A stretch of DNA of 64,000 nucleotides, taken from a virus. Made by a program: the position numbers and the translations under genes. The stretch's first letter is position 1, and every line of letters starts with the position of its first letter. The stretch lies in the IMG/VR virus record IMGVR_UViG_3300046779_001754, positions 36,172 to 100,171 of that record, one strand, 5' to 3'. Positions 36,876-46,770 of the stretch are shown piece after piece. Below the pieces are notes generated by a model. It was not told where the DNA came from, searched no databases, and was given only the letters and a program-made list of their open reading frames with translations.

Positions 36876-38381
36876 TTAGTTCTTTGTAATAGAAAACCCT
36901 TGTGGAACTGGTTCAGCTGCTGGGGGCGGGTTGTTACCTCCCCCAATAATTACTGAGACCTGCACACCTTCGTTGTGATAGGGATAAGGCTCGTGGGTAG
37001 GTGCTCGAGTCACAATACTTTCTAATTTATTTTTTTCTACTTGCCATCCAGTGGATGCGTTGAATTTGGTATCGTCCATGACATATTTGGTCATGGGTTT
37101 GGGTGCAGCAACATCATCGGCACCACCTCCATTAAGATCAATTCTTCCACCTTTGAGTTTTAGTGCTCCGCCGCCATCAAAGCTGCCAGTTTTTCCTTTG
37201 AGTGCTAGAGATCCGTCGGCTTTTATGCCTAGTTGCACTTTGCTGTAGAATGTAGATCGACCTGCACTATAAGTTGTTAGGGTTTGTTCGCTTTCAAGGC
37301 CAACATGTAACTTTCCTTTGATATTGACTTTTTCACCAGCAAACATATTGATGTCTTTGTCGGCATGTAAATTAATTGTGCCTTCACTGCGTAAATTAAT
37401 TGAGTTAGTAGAAAACACATCAACTGTACCTTCAACCCCTAGTTCAATCCAAGTTTGCCCGTTGGCATGTACAATATAGAAAAAGTTACCATCATCACTC
37501 ATTGTGATCTGATGACCTTTGCTTGTTCGTAAACGTATCAAGCTATCTTTGTTTTCAAGATCACCGTCGTCCATAACAAAGGTGTGTCCACCTTGACGTG
37601 CAATCACAGCAACATCAAGTGGACTTAGTTTGTTTTCCAGCAGTTGTTTTCGTATTGCTGTAGGGTCAACTCCGTTGTTATACACCGGGCGTCCTGGTGT
37701 TGATATTCCATAAACTGCACTGGGTGATTCGCGTTGACTTGAACTGCTGATTGGACCTCGTTGATCATCATTGTCAAGGCCTTGCTGAAAAAATGTACTG
37801 GCTATGACTGCATGTACAGGTTTTGGGGAATCAAAAAATCTTGGATTGCTGGCCACAGCGTTGTCGTTGGCATTGATTTCCGTCACAGGCTGTTGCAGAG
37901 AATTTGCTAGATATGTGGCCTGTGTTTTGTTACCAGGTATAAACTGCCCTTTTGGAGCTGCACCTATAGCAGGAATCATGTGATTGACTCCAAGTTCAGG
38001 TACACAGCCAATGTAATACCCTTTGCTGGGATCACCTTCAACAAAGAAACACAGCACTTTTACACCAATGTCGGGTGGTGTGAACCACATACCGTAGCTG
38101 TGTGGGTTTGAATCCCAGGTACCTTGACCGTTGACTCCTGATATTGGTGTAGGTGTTACACCGTAATAAGGCGGAAGATACTTTACTGTGCGCCATAGGT
38201 TACTGTTGGTTTTATCACCGCTGCCAAACTGCTCAATATAGACTTGTAATCGACCTGATCTAATGCTGTCTACATTGTTCATCACTTCACCGATGAACGG
38301 CCCCATTTCTGCTGGGGCTCCACCGCGATCAAATTTATAACCTTTGGGGCGACCGTGCGCCGAATATACATTATCTGCCAT
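36876..38381 (-). CDS. Baseplate hub/spike protein, gp5/VgrG-like
   Basis: OB-fold motifs (GRLQVYI; YGMWFTPPDIGVKVLCFF), GHTFVMDD/GHQITMSD, beta-helix tail ending RIDLN. Confidence 0.85.
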   Translation of the reverse strand: MADNVYSAHGRPKGYKFDRGGAPAEMGPFIGEVMNNVDSIRSGRLQVYIEQFGSGDKTNSNLWRTVKYLPPYYGVTPTPISGVNGQGTWDSNPHSYGMWFTPPDIGVKVLCFFVEGDPSKGYYIGCVPELGVNHMIPAIGAAPKGQFIPGNKTQATYLANSLQQPVTEINANDNAVASNPRFFDSPKPVHAVIASTFFQQGLDNDDQRGPISSSSQRESPSAVYGISTPGRPVYNNGVDPTAIRKQLLENKLSPLDVAVIARQGGHTFVMDDGDLENKDSLIRLRTSKGHQITMSDDGNFFYIVHANGQTWIELGVEGTVDVFSTNSINLRSEGTINLHADKDINMFAGEKVNIKGKLHVGLESEQTLTTYSAGRSTFYSKVQLGIKADGSLALKGKTGSFDGGGALKLKGGRIDLNGGGADDVAAPKPMTKYVMDDTKFNASTGWQVEKNKLESIVTRAPTHEPYPYHNEGVQVSVIIGGGNNPPPAAEPVPQGFSITKN

Positions 38382-38388
38382 TGTCTAC

Positions 38389-41300
38389 TTACGCTCCAAA
38401 CCCACTTATAGGACTAAAATCCATACCGGACTGGTTAGTCAAGTTACTGCCTTGTCCGGTAAATTGAGTACCTGTTGCAGGTGCTGTGGGCATTCTATTG
38501 TTGCTCTGTGCTGCACTGGCCGGCACAGTTGTGGTTCTAGTTGTGTTATTTTGTTTGCCAGTAGCTGGTTTCACTCGCTGATCTGACGATAGCGGGAACG
38601 TCTGCGTGGCCAAAGTAACCGGTCTATCCACTACTTGTTGACTGATCTTAGGTCGAGGGAGAACATACAAAATACCGTCAAGTGATTGTTCGAATCGACC
38701 TTGTCTAAATTCACTGGAAACTTTTGTAGCACAGAATACATAGCTCTGACGACCATTTCTAACAAACTTAAAACCATCCTCAGGATTGTTGGGATCTTGC
38801 CGGTTGGGATTCATTGTTCCATCGCCGTTGACATCATAATCAACTGGGCGTTGCCAAACAATTTCAAACAGTATTTCCTGTGCATCAAAGTTAATAGTGC
38901 CATCAGGATAAAATGCCTTGAACGAAAAAGTCCTAGCATCATTGCCTTTGAAAACTTCACCCTGTGCTATCCAACCTGGATCACCAAGAATTTTTATTTT
39001 AACTGTGCCAATGTCCGTGGGACTGTACAGATAATCTGCGGCATTGGCAGCTGGTTCATTGGTGGCGCCAGTGGCACCTTGTGAACTCTGACCACTCAGT
39101 GGTTGATAAACAAAAGTCTGCTGCAAATCTCCATACTGCGTCACTAAGTTCTGTTTAAGTTGATCGGTATTGCCGCTGATTACAACACGATATAAGTTGT
39201 CAAATTTTTGTGTATAGTCCAGCACCGCGGTATTTTGTCCGGTAAACCAATAAGGATAACTTTTGTGTACACCGTTGAATCTTGACTTGGGAAAATAATT
39301 GCTTGTCAATGATTTGACATTGTAGGCACTGACTGTAAAAATAAATTTGTAAGCATTGTCGTTGCGATTAAAATCAAAGTCTTTGGGTATAGCCCGCATT
39401 GATATTTTAAACCAAGCAAAATGATCTGCTGCTGGCCCGTTGTCTTTGAACTGTTGAGTTCGCTCGTCTACATATTTGAGTTGCTGTTCGGTAATAAAAC
39501 TACTTTGTCGCACAATCATTTCAATGGCCTGTACTATGCTCATACCAGCAGTTATACCAAAGTTACGCTGACTTGGTACCATTTTTGTGGTTTCATCTAG
39601 TATTTTTCTTGTGTCTGCACTGTTGTCCATGGGTGTGAACCCAATGGACACATCTCCAGGTTTTTTCAAGGTTGCATCTCGAATGCTGGCATTGACAAAT
39701 TCAATTTGATATTCATCGGCTACCAAATATTCCTTTTTCTCTACTAGTTTTCGTTGATTTTCATTTAGAAAATCCATGAGTCCTCGCACAGTAGATTTAG
39801 ACCCTTTGGGTGCAGCATTGATTTTACTTGGAGAGTCCACTGACATCTGCGCTGACTGTTGAGTTGTGTTGATGGTTTGATCTTGCAGAGGAAAACTTTG
39901 TCCACGTGGTGCCGGAGTTACTGTACGGCCACCTGCGGCTTGACTAGTAGTGTTGTTTCTTAGACCTTGTTCATTAGACGATGTAACCAACTGGCCACCT
40001 AGAATTTCATTTACAGTTTCGCCTGTGAGTTCAATGTTATTGGGAATAGTATTACGCAGTCTAAAATTGTAAATTATTGGCTGTCCATGAATTTCATATG
40101 TAGACATTTTTGAGCCCACACTGAATTTTATATCGGCAATGGCAAAAGGCACATATTTAATACTGATTGTGTAGGGATCAGACAAATCTGCACCGGCACC
40201 GGTGTTGCCAGCCAACACAGGATTACCATTTTCGTCATAACCTCTAAATTTTATAACCAAGCAGTAAATTGCATTGGTGAAATTTCTTTGCTGAGTAAAA
40301 TCACTAACAGCAGCTTTTAAGTTGTCAATTAAACTAATACCGTTGGGTTCAACCACAGTCATTTTGAGACTGGTATAAGAACTTGCTGTGCCTGTGGCCT
40401 TGCCTTGTAATAGATTATCCACAGTGCAACTGTCAATGTAATAGTCAAGTTTGAAATATTTGTTGCGGTCACCAGCAAGACCAATCACGCCGTTGACTGT
40501 TGCTGTGGTTTGGCCAGGATTCGTACTGTAGCCAGCGCCTCCGCTTTGAACCAGCAGTTCGGCGCCGTTGATAGCATCAACTTTTCTATTGTTGGATCCT
40601 GAAGTCATTAGATCACGATACCCCCATTCGCTCAGTAGATACCAAGATATCTGATAGGTGTAACTTGCATAGGCATCAAGAATATTGGGTTGCGGTGTTA
40701 TGATTTGATCAAAACTCAAATCAATATCTTGTTTGGTTGCATTTTTACCGCTGCCTTGTTTGTCATCGCCGGGTTGTCCAACGCCAGGACCATACGGACT
40801 GGGAGTGGCAAATATGCCTTGTTTGGCTGCTGCATCGCGATCCAACAATGGTTCGCCAGTACCAGGAGCATAGGTCACAGACTGTGACTGCGACAACGGC
40901 ACGGTGTTTGCATCAGTGCCAGCATCTTCTCCTGCTGGATTACCACGAGTCACTGGTACTTCAGCATTGGTTCCACCTTTAATTCTACCCTCAGGGGAAA
41001 ATGCCTCTGTAGGCTGTGGTGGATTGGTGGCGCCGGCGTCTCCTGATTGTTTGACTTCTTCACCAGCACTTTGAGCGGTGTTTTGTTGGCTCTGTTGCTG
41101 TGCCTGTTGGCTCTGTTGCTGTGTTTTTAAAATGTTTAATTCTTGCTGTAGTTGGTCTTTTTGTGATTGTATTGCTGAAACTTGACCGTTAAGATCACTT
41201 ACTTCTTGTAAAATATTACCTAAGATACGAGTTTCTCTTTCAACCTTTGCCTCATCTCCTGCGGCTTCAGCTTTTTGAATCAGTTGTCGTGTAAACTCAA

Positions 41301-41397
41301 GGGCTTCATTTCTTTCCCTAAGCCGATTTCCTACGCCGTATTTTAGTTTACTGTCAAGATCAGCTATTTGCTTTTCTAGTTCACTTAAAGTGGCCAT
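38389..41397 (-). CDS. Putative baseplate hub protein (gp27-like position) with N-terminal coiled coil
   Basis: KIKILGDPGWI and KVSSEFRQGRFEQ motifs; lies between gp53-like and gp5-like genes. Confidence 0.55.
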   Translation of the reverse strand: MATLSELEKQIADLDSKLKYGVGNRLRERNEALEFTRQLIQKAEAAGDEAKVERETRILGNILQEVSDLNGQVSAIQSQKDQLQQELNILKTQQQSQQAQQQSQQNTAQSAGEEVKQSGDAGATNPPQPTEAFSPEGRIKGGTNAEVPVTRGNPAGEDAGTDANTVPLSQSQSVTYAPGTGEPLLDRDAAAKQGIFATPSPYGPGVGQPGDDKQGSGKNATKQDIDLSFDQIITPQPNILDAYASYTYQISWYLLSEWGYRDLMTSGSNNRKVDAINGAELLVQSGGAGYSTNPGQTTATVNGVIGLAGDRNKYFKLDYYIDSCTVDNLLQGKATGTASSYTSLKMTVVEPNGISLIDNLKAAVSDFTQQRNFTNAIYCLVIKFRGYDENGNPVLAGNTGAGADLSDPYTISIKYVPFAIADIKFSVGSKMSTYEIHGQPIIYNFRLRNTIPNNIELTGETVNEILGGQLVTSSNEQGLRNNTTSQAAGGRTVTPAPRGQSFPLQDQTINTTQQSAQMSVDSPSKINAAPKGSKSTVRGLMDFLNENQRKLVEKKEYLVADEYQIEFVNASIRDATLKKPGDVSIGFTPMDNSADTRKILDETTKMVPSQRNFGITAGMSIVQAIEMIVRQSSFITEQQLKYVDERTQQFKDNGPAADHFAWFKISMRAIPKDFDFNRNDNAYKFIFTVSAYNVKSLTSNYFPKSRFNGVHKSYPYWFTGQNTAVLDYTQKFDNLYRVVISGNTDQLKQNLVTQYGDLQQTFVYQPLSGQSSQGATGATNEPAANAADYLYSPTDIGTVKIKILGDPGWIAQGEVFKGNDARTFSFKAFYPDGTINFDAQEILFEIVWQRPVDYDVNGDGTMNPNRQDPNNPEDGFKFVRNGRQSYVFCATKVSSEFRQGRFEQSLDGILYVLPRPKISQQVVDRPVTLATQTFPLSSDQRVKPATGKQNNTTRTTTVPASAAQSNNRMPTAPATGTQFTGQGSNLTNQSGMDFSPISGFGA

Positions 41398-41400
41398 AGA

Positions 41401-41700
41401 TTAGAATCCCAGTACCGAACGTAATGTTGTAATTTTAGGAACGTAAATTTCCACACCAGCTTTGAAATCTAGCGGGGGTGCTGTGAGTGTGTTGGGGTTG
41501 CGTTGATAGAACACCCACCACAGTGTGGGAGTTTCATACAAGTCATAAGACAGCAAATCTGGTCTATACTCATAAACTGTATTGATCTTCATCAATAGAT
41601 CATCATTCTCTTTGGGTATGGGACGATTGACCCAAAGATCAAGATAATATTGACTGTATCCAGTGTTGTAGTAGCGGCTGGTAGCTGAGTAGGTAGTCAT
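41401..41700 (-). CDS. Baseplate wedge gp53-like (LysM-like) protein
   Basis: YRPDLLSYDLYETPTLWWVF...IYVP. Confidence 0.8.
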   Translation of the reverse strand: MTTYSATSRYYNTGYSQYYLDLWVNRPIPKENDDLLMKINTVYEYRPDLLSYDLYETPTLWWVFYQRNPNTLTAPPLDFKAGVEIYVPKITTLRSVLGF

Positions 41701-43874
41701 TACCAGAACCCTCCTTTTAATAAGTCACCCTGGGCAAATTTGTCAAGACTAAACTGTTTGCTCATCTGGCTTCGGCTTTGTATTGGTAACATTGTAATCT
41801 GAATTTCCATTTGTGTTGGAACATAGGTTGGTGTTTCTCCTCCCAATTCCACTGACGTACCAGATGTATCGTAGGGCTGCGAAGATTGATTCTGCGGTAA
41901 CCCGCCTTTGGGCATAAAAATAGTCTGCAATCTAGCAATGGCAGAATAGATTGGCGAAGTGCTGGGTGCGTTGGTTTGTCGGTCTCTGCGTGTGACTAAA
42001 TTTGTATTGTTTAAAGAAACACTTCTTGCACGTATGTAATCAACATCAGCAGGTAAGTGATAGTTAAAGTTAGTGACAACACAGGGATGCTCGGCAAACT
42101 GATAATCACCGTATCCCGACATATAAACCAAGGGCGGTGGAGTACCAGCACTGGCATCCTGGCCATAAAACATCTTAGTACAACTTCTAAAGAAGTGTAT
42201 CACTGCCAATAGATAGTTGGCTTCGCTGGTATCTTGCGCTGTAAAAACTCCAGTGACGGAAATCTCTGTTGGAGTTGAATTTTTATAAAACAATCCGCGA
42301 ATGTTGCTGTGAACCATGTCATAGGGATCGTAGTTGGCACGATATCCTATTTGAATATTTGGGGTGTAAGGAAAAATTACACCATCAGTGTATCTCAGGG
42401 GATTTAATATGTCTCCGGTAGCAGCAACTTTGTAGAGATATTGTGCCTTGGGTGCTAGGCTAATTCTAACACGCCAATCACGATTGTTAAATCCCGAACG
42501 TTGACTTCTAATGCTTTGCTGTTGTCGTGCATCTTCGGTCTGTGCATAAGTGCCTGCGGCTTCTTCTGTGGCTGCATCAGTACCAGCAAACGTTCCAAAA
42601 CTTTCCTTGGGCTGTGGCAATCCTGACCGCACTGGATCAACTGCTTCGGGATTGGTTGACAATGCTGGATCAGTGCTGGTGGGATCGTCGGCATAGGGAT
42701 TGATTTGAGCAAATGGTCCTACTCGGGCTTCACCAGTTATGCCTAACGCATTTGTTTCGCCTATTCCGTCGGCCTGTGCTGCCAAAGGATCTTCTCCTGG
42801 TACACCTTGCTGAAATGGATTGCCTTCAATGTTGGCTTCAGCAGTTACTCCCAAGGGATTGGTACCTGTGGCATAGGGATCTATTATGGGATCAGCAGGA
42901 ACATCTCTACGCAGCGAAGTCACATTGGCTTCGGACGTAATACCTAGTGCATTGGTACGGCCAGCAGCATAAGGGTCATCTTGTGGAACGCCTTGCTGAA
43001 ATGGGTTGGATACATCGGTTGTCTGGGTGGTTATGCCCAGTGAGTTGGTATCAGGACTAGGCGGAGCACTATAGGATGCCATTGCAGTGGCACCTGTGGC
43101 ACCAGAGTCTACAGGCTGATCAGCAGGAGTGTCTACTATGCTGCTTCTAGACACTCCCAGTCTTGCTCGTTGTGCAGCCACGGCTTGATTTATTTCATCG
43201 TCTTGTGTGGGCTGTGCTGGAAATCTATCTACACCACTAGGCGGTACATAGGTGTTGGGTCGTGCTGGGTATCCACCTGATGTTCCAGAATCAATCGCTC
43301 TGGTCTGAATATTTGCTGCTGGCACGGTTTCCATGACAGCTTCTGGATATCCTGCATTTTTTTGATCACTTACACTGTCTGCGTTTTGTGCTGCTTGCTC
43401 AGAGTAAGTTGGTAAAGGTTGATTTGGAGAAGTATTGGTAGTATTGCCAATGATAATTTTTTCGCTGGTGGTTCCACCTGGAACTAAGCCGCTTGTGACC
43501 GGGCGCCCTTGGTCTAATTGATTAGCAGCGTCGCCTAGCTCACTATTTCTTGCTTCAAGTTTGGCTGCTTGTTCTGCGGTTATATTGCCTTTGCCTAATC
43601 GATAATTAGCAAGTTCAGCGTCGTTAGCAGCTAATTCGTTGTCAACGGCTTTTTGTTGTTCTTGTACCAACGCACGGCGCTGTTTAGAAGTCATTCCTGC
43701 TGGATTTTCGCCGTAGGTGTAATCAGTAGAGCTACCGCCAGCTGGAGTTGTTTCTGTATTGGTTCCTGCTGGATTGCGTGGGGTTGGAGTTGGCAATCCA
43801 TTGGCTTTGTTCCAATCAGCCCATTCTTGCTGCGAAACAAATCTCTTTTCACCGTTTTCAATAATCCATGGCAT
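41700..43874 (-). CDS. Putative tail-tube initiator (gp48/gp54-like C-terminal domain) with long low-complexity N-terminus
   Basis: C-terminal GVIFPYTP, GTPPPLVYMSGYG, PCVVTNFNY; adjacent to the gp53-like gene. Confidence 0.55.
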   Translation of the reverse strand: MPWIIENGEKRFVSQQEWADWNKANGLPTPTPRNPAGTNTETTPAGGSSTDYTYGENPAGMTSKQRRALVQEQQKAVDNELAANDAELANYRLGKGNITAEQAAKLEARNSELGDAANQLDQGRPVTSGLVPGGTTSEKIIIGNTTNTSPNQPLPTYSEQAAQNADSVSDQKNAGYPEAVMETVPAANIQTRAIDSGTSGGYPARPNTYVPPSGVDRFPAQPTQDDEINQAVAAQRARLGVSRSSIVDTPADQPVDSGATGATAMASYSAPPSPDTNSLGITTQTTDVSNPFQQGVPQDDPYAAGRTNALGITSEANVTSLRRDVPADPIIDPYATGTNPLGVTAEANIEGNPFQQGVPGEDPLAAQADGIGETNALGITGEARVGPFAQINPYADDPTSTDPALSTNPEAVDPVRSGLPQPKESFGTFAGTDAATEEAAGTYAQTEDARQQQSIRSQRSGFNNRDWRVRISLAPKAQYLYKVAATGDILNPLRYTDGVIFPYTPNIQIGYRANYDPYDMVHSNIRGLFYKNSTPTEISVTGVFTAQDTSEANYLLAVIHFFRSCTKMFYGQDASAGTPPPLVYMSGYGDYQFAEHPCVVTNFNYHLPADVDYIRARSVSLNNTNLVTRRDRQTNAPSTSPIYSAIARLQTIFMPKGGLPQNQSSQPYDTSGTSVELGGETPTYVPTQMEIQITMLPIQSRSQMSKQFSLDKFAQGDLLKGGFW

Positions 43875-43892
43875 AATATATTCCTGTTGGTG

Positions 43893-43898
43893 TATTTA
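43893..43898 (-). promoter_or_regulatory. gp55-type late promoter core (TAAATA) for the baseplate operon
   Basis: TAAATA about 19 nt upstream of ATG 43874. The same core occurs on the minus strand at 35074-79, 17380-85 and 16599-604. Confidence 0.65.
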
Positions 43899-43932
43899 CC
43901 GCAAAAATAAACGGCTATGATTAAGAAAATGG

Positions 43933-43960
43933 TTGACAAGTGTTGTAAAAATGCTACAAT
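43933..43960 (+). promoter_or_regulatory. Sigma70-like promoter for gp55
   Basis: TTGACA-16 nt-TACAAT with an extended TG; AGGAG ribosome-binding site at 43973-77. Confidence 0.75.
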
Positions 43961-43983
43961 AAGTACACTATTAGGAGAACTTA

Positions 43984-44880
43984 GTGTCTGTAACTTCAAT
44001 TCCACGCACGGCTCCCCGTGTCAACTACCTTAACAATCGCGACATATTAAAAGAAATACACCTAAGCAAAAACACCTATTGCTCATACATTGATCCAACA
44101 ACTGATCATCAGTATGACATTATTTTGCCCAGTGTATCAAAAATCAATCAAAAAACCATTGCCGAAGCCCGACGCAATCGTGCAGATCGTATCAAACGAG
44201 AAACCGGTGATGTACTAGATCCTAAAAAAATTCCCAACACTGATCTAGTGTTTAGAATTATGACCTGGGAACATATACCCATGGCTCCCAAGAAAGCAAG
44301 CAAAACCGCAGCAAAAAAATCAAACTTTGAAGAAATACTTGAAATTGAAGATGAGTCTGTTGACGAGTTACTTGAGGCAGCACCAGTATTGGATCTTGCG
44401 CATGTACGGGTAAACTTTCCTCCGTTTTGTCACTACCGCGTTGATGAAGACAAAAAACCTTTTCTTGTGGGACGCAGTCACTGGAAAGGTGATCTAGAGC
44501 ACGGAGAATTTAACAAAGAACATGGTACCATGACCAAGAAACTGGCTTTGATGTTTATGAAGCTGTGCGAACGCTATGCCACACGATCAAACTGGCGTGG
44601 CTATACCTACAACGAAGAAATGCGCGGTCAGGCTCTGTTGCAACTAAGTCAAATTGGACTACAGTTCGACGAGTCAAAATCACAAAATCCTTTTGCCTAT
44701 TACACTGCTGCTATCACCAACAGTTTTACACGTATTTTAAACATTGAAAAGAAAATGCAAAACATACGTGATGACATCCTAGAAATGAACGGACTCAATC
44801 CTTCATGGACCCGGCAAAATTCAGGCAAAGATGGTGGCTCATACATGTCAATAGGCGTTACACCAACATTTGATGATTGA
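43984..44880 (+). CDS. gp55: Late-transcription sigma factor, T4 gp55-like
   Basis: NYLNNRD, NWRGYTYNEEM, FDESKSQNPFAYYT; lies upstream of gp47/gp46 as in T4. Confidence 0.9.
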   Translation: MSVTSIPRTAPRVNYLNNRDILKEIHLSKNTYCSYIDPTTDHQYDIILPSVSKINQKTIAEARRNRADRIKRETGDVLDPKKIPNTDLVFRIMTWEHIPMAPKKASKTAAKKSNFEEILEIEDESVDELLEAAPVLDLAHVRVNFPPFCHYRVDEDKKPFLVGRSHWKGDLEHGEFNKEHGTMTKKLALMFMKLCERYATRSNWRGYTYNEEMRGQALLQLSQIGLQFDESKSQNPFAYYTAAITNSFTRILNIEKKMQNIRDDILEMNGLNPSWTRQNSGKDGGSYMSIGVTPTFDD

Positions 44881-45760
44881 CACATTGCCAATTTTTTACA
44901 ACGGCGGTGCCTATGGCACCTACGTTGAATGGTGCCTGACTACACTGTGTAGTTCAGATGATATCATCTCTCCGTTCACCAACACTGGCACTAGCCATAA
45001 ATTTTTTGGCCATCAAATTGTTCACATGGATGGATGGGCTGACTATCTCAAATCTAACACTAGGTTTCAATTTGTGCGTATGCATCCTAAAATTATCCCT
45101 GGCGAAAAAATTGCTGCAAACCTTGATGAAATTGCAAAATCAGTGTCGCACTTTGTGTATGTGTATCCAGACAATGACAGTGTAGTACTGACCGTCAATA
45201 ACTTCTATCATAAAATTTGGGAAGATTGGTGGTATATGAATATAACTCGGCTTGGCCAACATCATCAAATTTATACTAATTGGCCAGTGGACCCAGGTGT
45301 TCCATTGGATCAAATTGATCCTTGGATCAAACGAGAGTTCTTGAGCCTATATCTAATGCCGGCCTGGCACGAACTAAACGATTGGTATCTTCCAGACCAC
45401 TATCAAACACCGCAGTGCATCTGGGTTTCAATATCAGATTTACTTCACAACTTTGAGTCAACAATGGAAAGAATAATTTTCTTGGCAAACTTACCTCAGG
45501 TTCGTGCAATATCTGATTTACTTCCTTATCATCAGGACAACCTAGCGTTGCAGAAACATATTGATCAAGATCAAATTTGTCAACGTATCATAAGTTCAGT
45601 TGTTGAAAATCAACCATTTGCCTGGAATCCATTGCCGTTGCCCAGCGAAGCTTGGCTTCAATGGCAACTTAGAAATTTAGGCTGGGAAATGCATTGTCAT
45701 GGACTTGACATGTTCCCGCAAGACAGTGTACAATTGCAAAAAACTCTATACCAACCATGA
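44870..45760 (+). CDS. Hypothetical protein, possibly a degenerate P-loop/sulfotransferase-like fold
   Basis: N-terminal YNGGAYGTYVEWCL; resembles 51205-52194. Confidence 0.6.
   Translation: MMIDTLPIFYNGGAYGTYVEWCLTTLCSSDDIISPFTNTGTSHKFFGHQIVHMDGWADYLKSNTRFQFVRMHPKIIPGEKIAANLDEIAKSVSHFVYVYPDNDSVVLTVNNFYHKIWEDWWYMNITRLGQHHQIYTNWPVDPGVPLDQIDPWIKREFLSLYLMPAWHELNDWYLPDHYQTPQCIWVSISDLLHNFESTMERIIFLANLPQVRAISDLLPYHQDNLALQKHIDQDQICQRIISSVVENQPFAWNPLPLPSEAWLQWQLRNLGWEMHCHGLDMFPQDSVQLQKTLYQP
45705..45734 (+). promoter_or_regulatory. Sigma70-like promoter for gp47, embedded in the upstream ORF
   Basis: TTGACA-18 nt-TACAAT, 22 nt before ATG 45757. Confidence 0.55.
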
Positions 45761-46770
45761 ATCTATTTAAAAAAGCTGTAGCATTCACCGATATACATTT
45801 TGGATTGAAATCAAACAGTCAAGTACATAACGATGACTGTTTGGCATTCGTTCAATGGGCAACTCAAAAGGCAAAAGATGAAGGATGTGAAACTTGTTTT
45901 TTTCTCGGCGATTGGCACAATCATCGTGCATCAATTAATATTGTTACTCTTACGTATAGTCTAAGAGCACTAGAGCATCTAAGTGAAAATTTTACCAATG
46001 TTTACTTTATTCCCGGTAATCATGATTTGTATTATCGGGACAAAAGAGATATTCAGAGTGTTGAGTGGGCAAGGCATTTACCTAACATCCATATCTGCAA
46101 TGATTGGTTTACTCACGGTGATGTTGTTATTGCCCCTTGGCTGGTAGGTGAGGACCATAAAAAGTTAGCCAAAATGTCAGGGCAGTATTTGTTTGGACAT
46201 TTTGAACTTCCAGGCTATTTGATGAATGCCATGGTAGAAATGCCAGATCATGGCACACTGCAACGCGATCACCTTGGCGGATTTGGGCATGTCTACACCG
46301 GACACTTTCACAAGCGTCAAACCAAAAAGAACATTACCTATATAGGCAATGCCTTTCCGCACAACTATGCTGATGCTGCTGACGATGATCGTGGCATCAT
46401 GATTTTAGAGTGGGGTCAAGAGCCCGAGTACCATGCCTGGCCCGATCAACCTAGATTTAGAGTAGTCAAGTTGTCTGAAGTTGTGAATCACGGCGACAAA
46501 TTTTTAGCTCCGGGCATGCATGTTAGAGTTGAATTAGACATTGATATCAGCTACGAAGAAGCAAACTTTATCAAAGAAACTTTTATCAAAGACTATCGCC
46601 TGCGTGAAATGGCCCTGATACCCAGTAAAAATGCTGCTGTTGATGTTGACATGGCACCAGGAGAAATACGGTTTGAATCAGTTGATCAGATTGTCACAGA
46701 TCAACTCACCAACATTGAATCAGAATTCTATGATTCAAAATTACTATTGCAGATCTATCAAACGCTTTGA
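45757..46770 (+). CDS. gp47: Recombination endonuclease subunit gp47 (SbcD/Mre11-like)
   Basis: Metallophosphoesterase motifs TDIHFG, LGDW, GNHD, GHFE, GHFH. Confidence 0.93.
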   Translation: MNLFKKAVAFTDIHFGLKSNSQVHNDDCLAFVQWATQKAKDEGCETCFFLGDWHNHRASINIVTLTYSLRALEHLSENFTNVYFIPGNHDLYYRDKRDIQSVEWARHLPNIHICNDWFTHGDVVIAPWLVGEDHKKLAKMSGQYLFGHFELPGYLMNAMVEMPDHGTLQRDHLGGFGHVYTGHFHKRQTKKNITYIGNAFPHNYADAADDDRGIMILEWGQEPEYHAWPDQPRFRVVKLSEVVNHGDKFLAPGMHVRVELDIDISYEEANFIKETFIKDYRLREMALIPSKNAAVDVDMAPGEIRFESVDQIVTDQLTNIESEFYDSKLLLQIYQTL

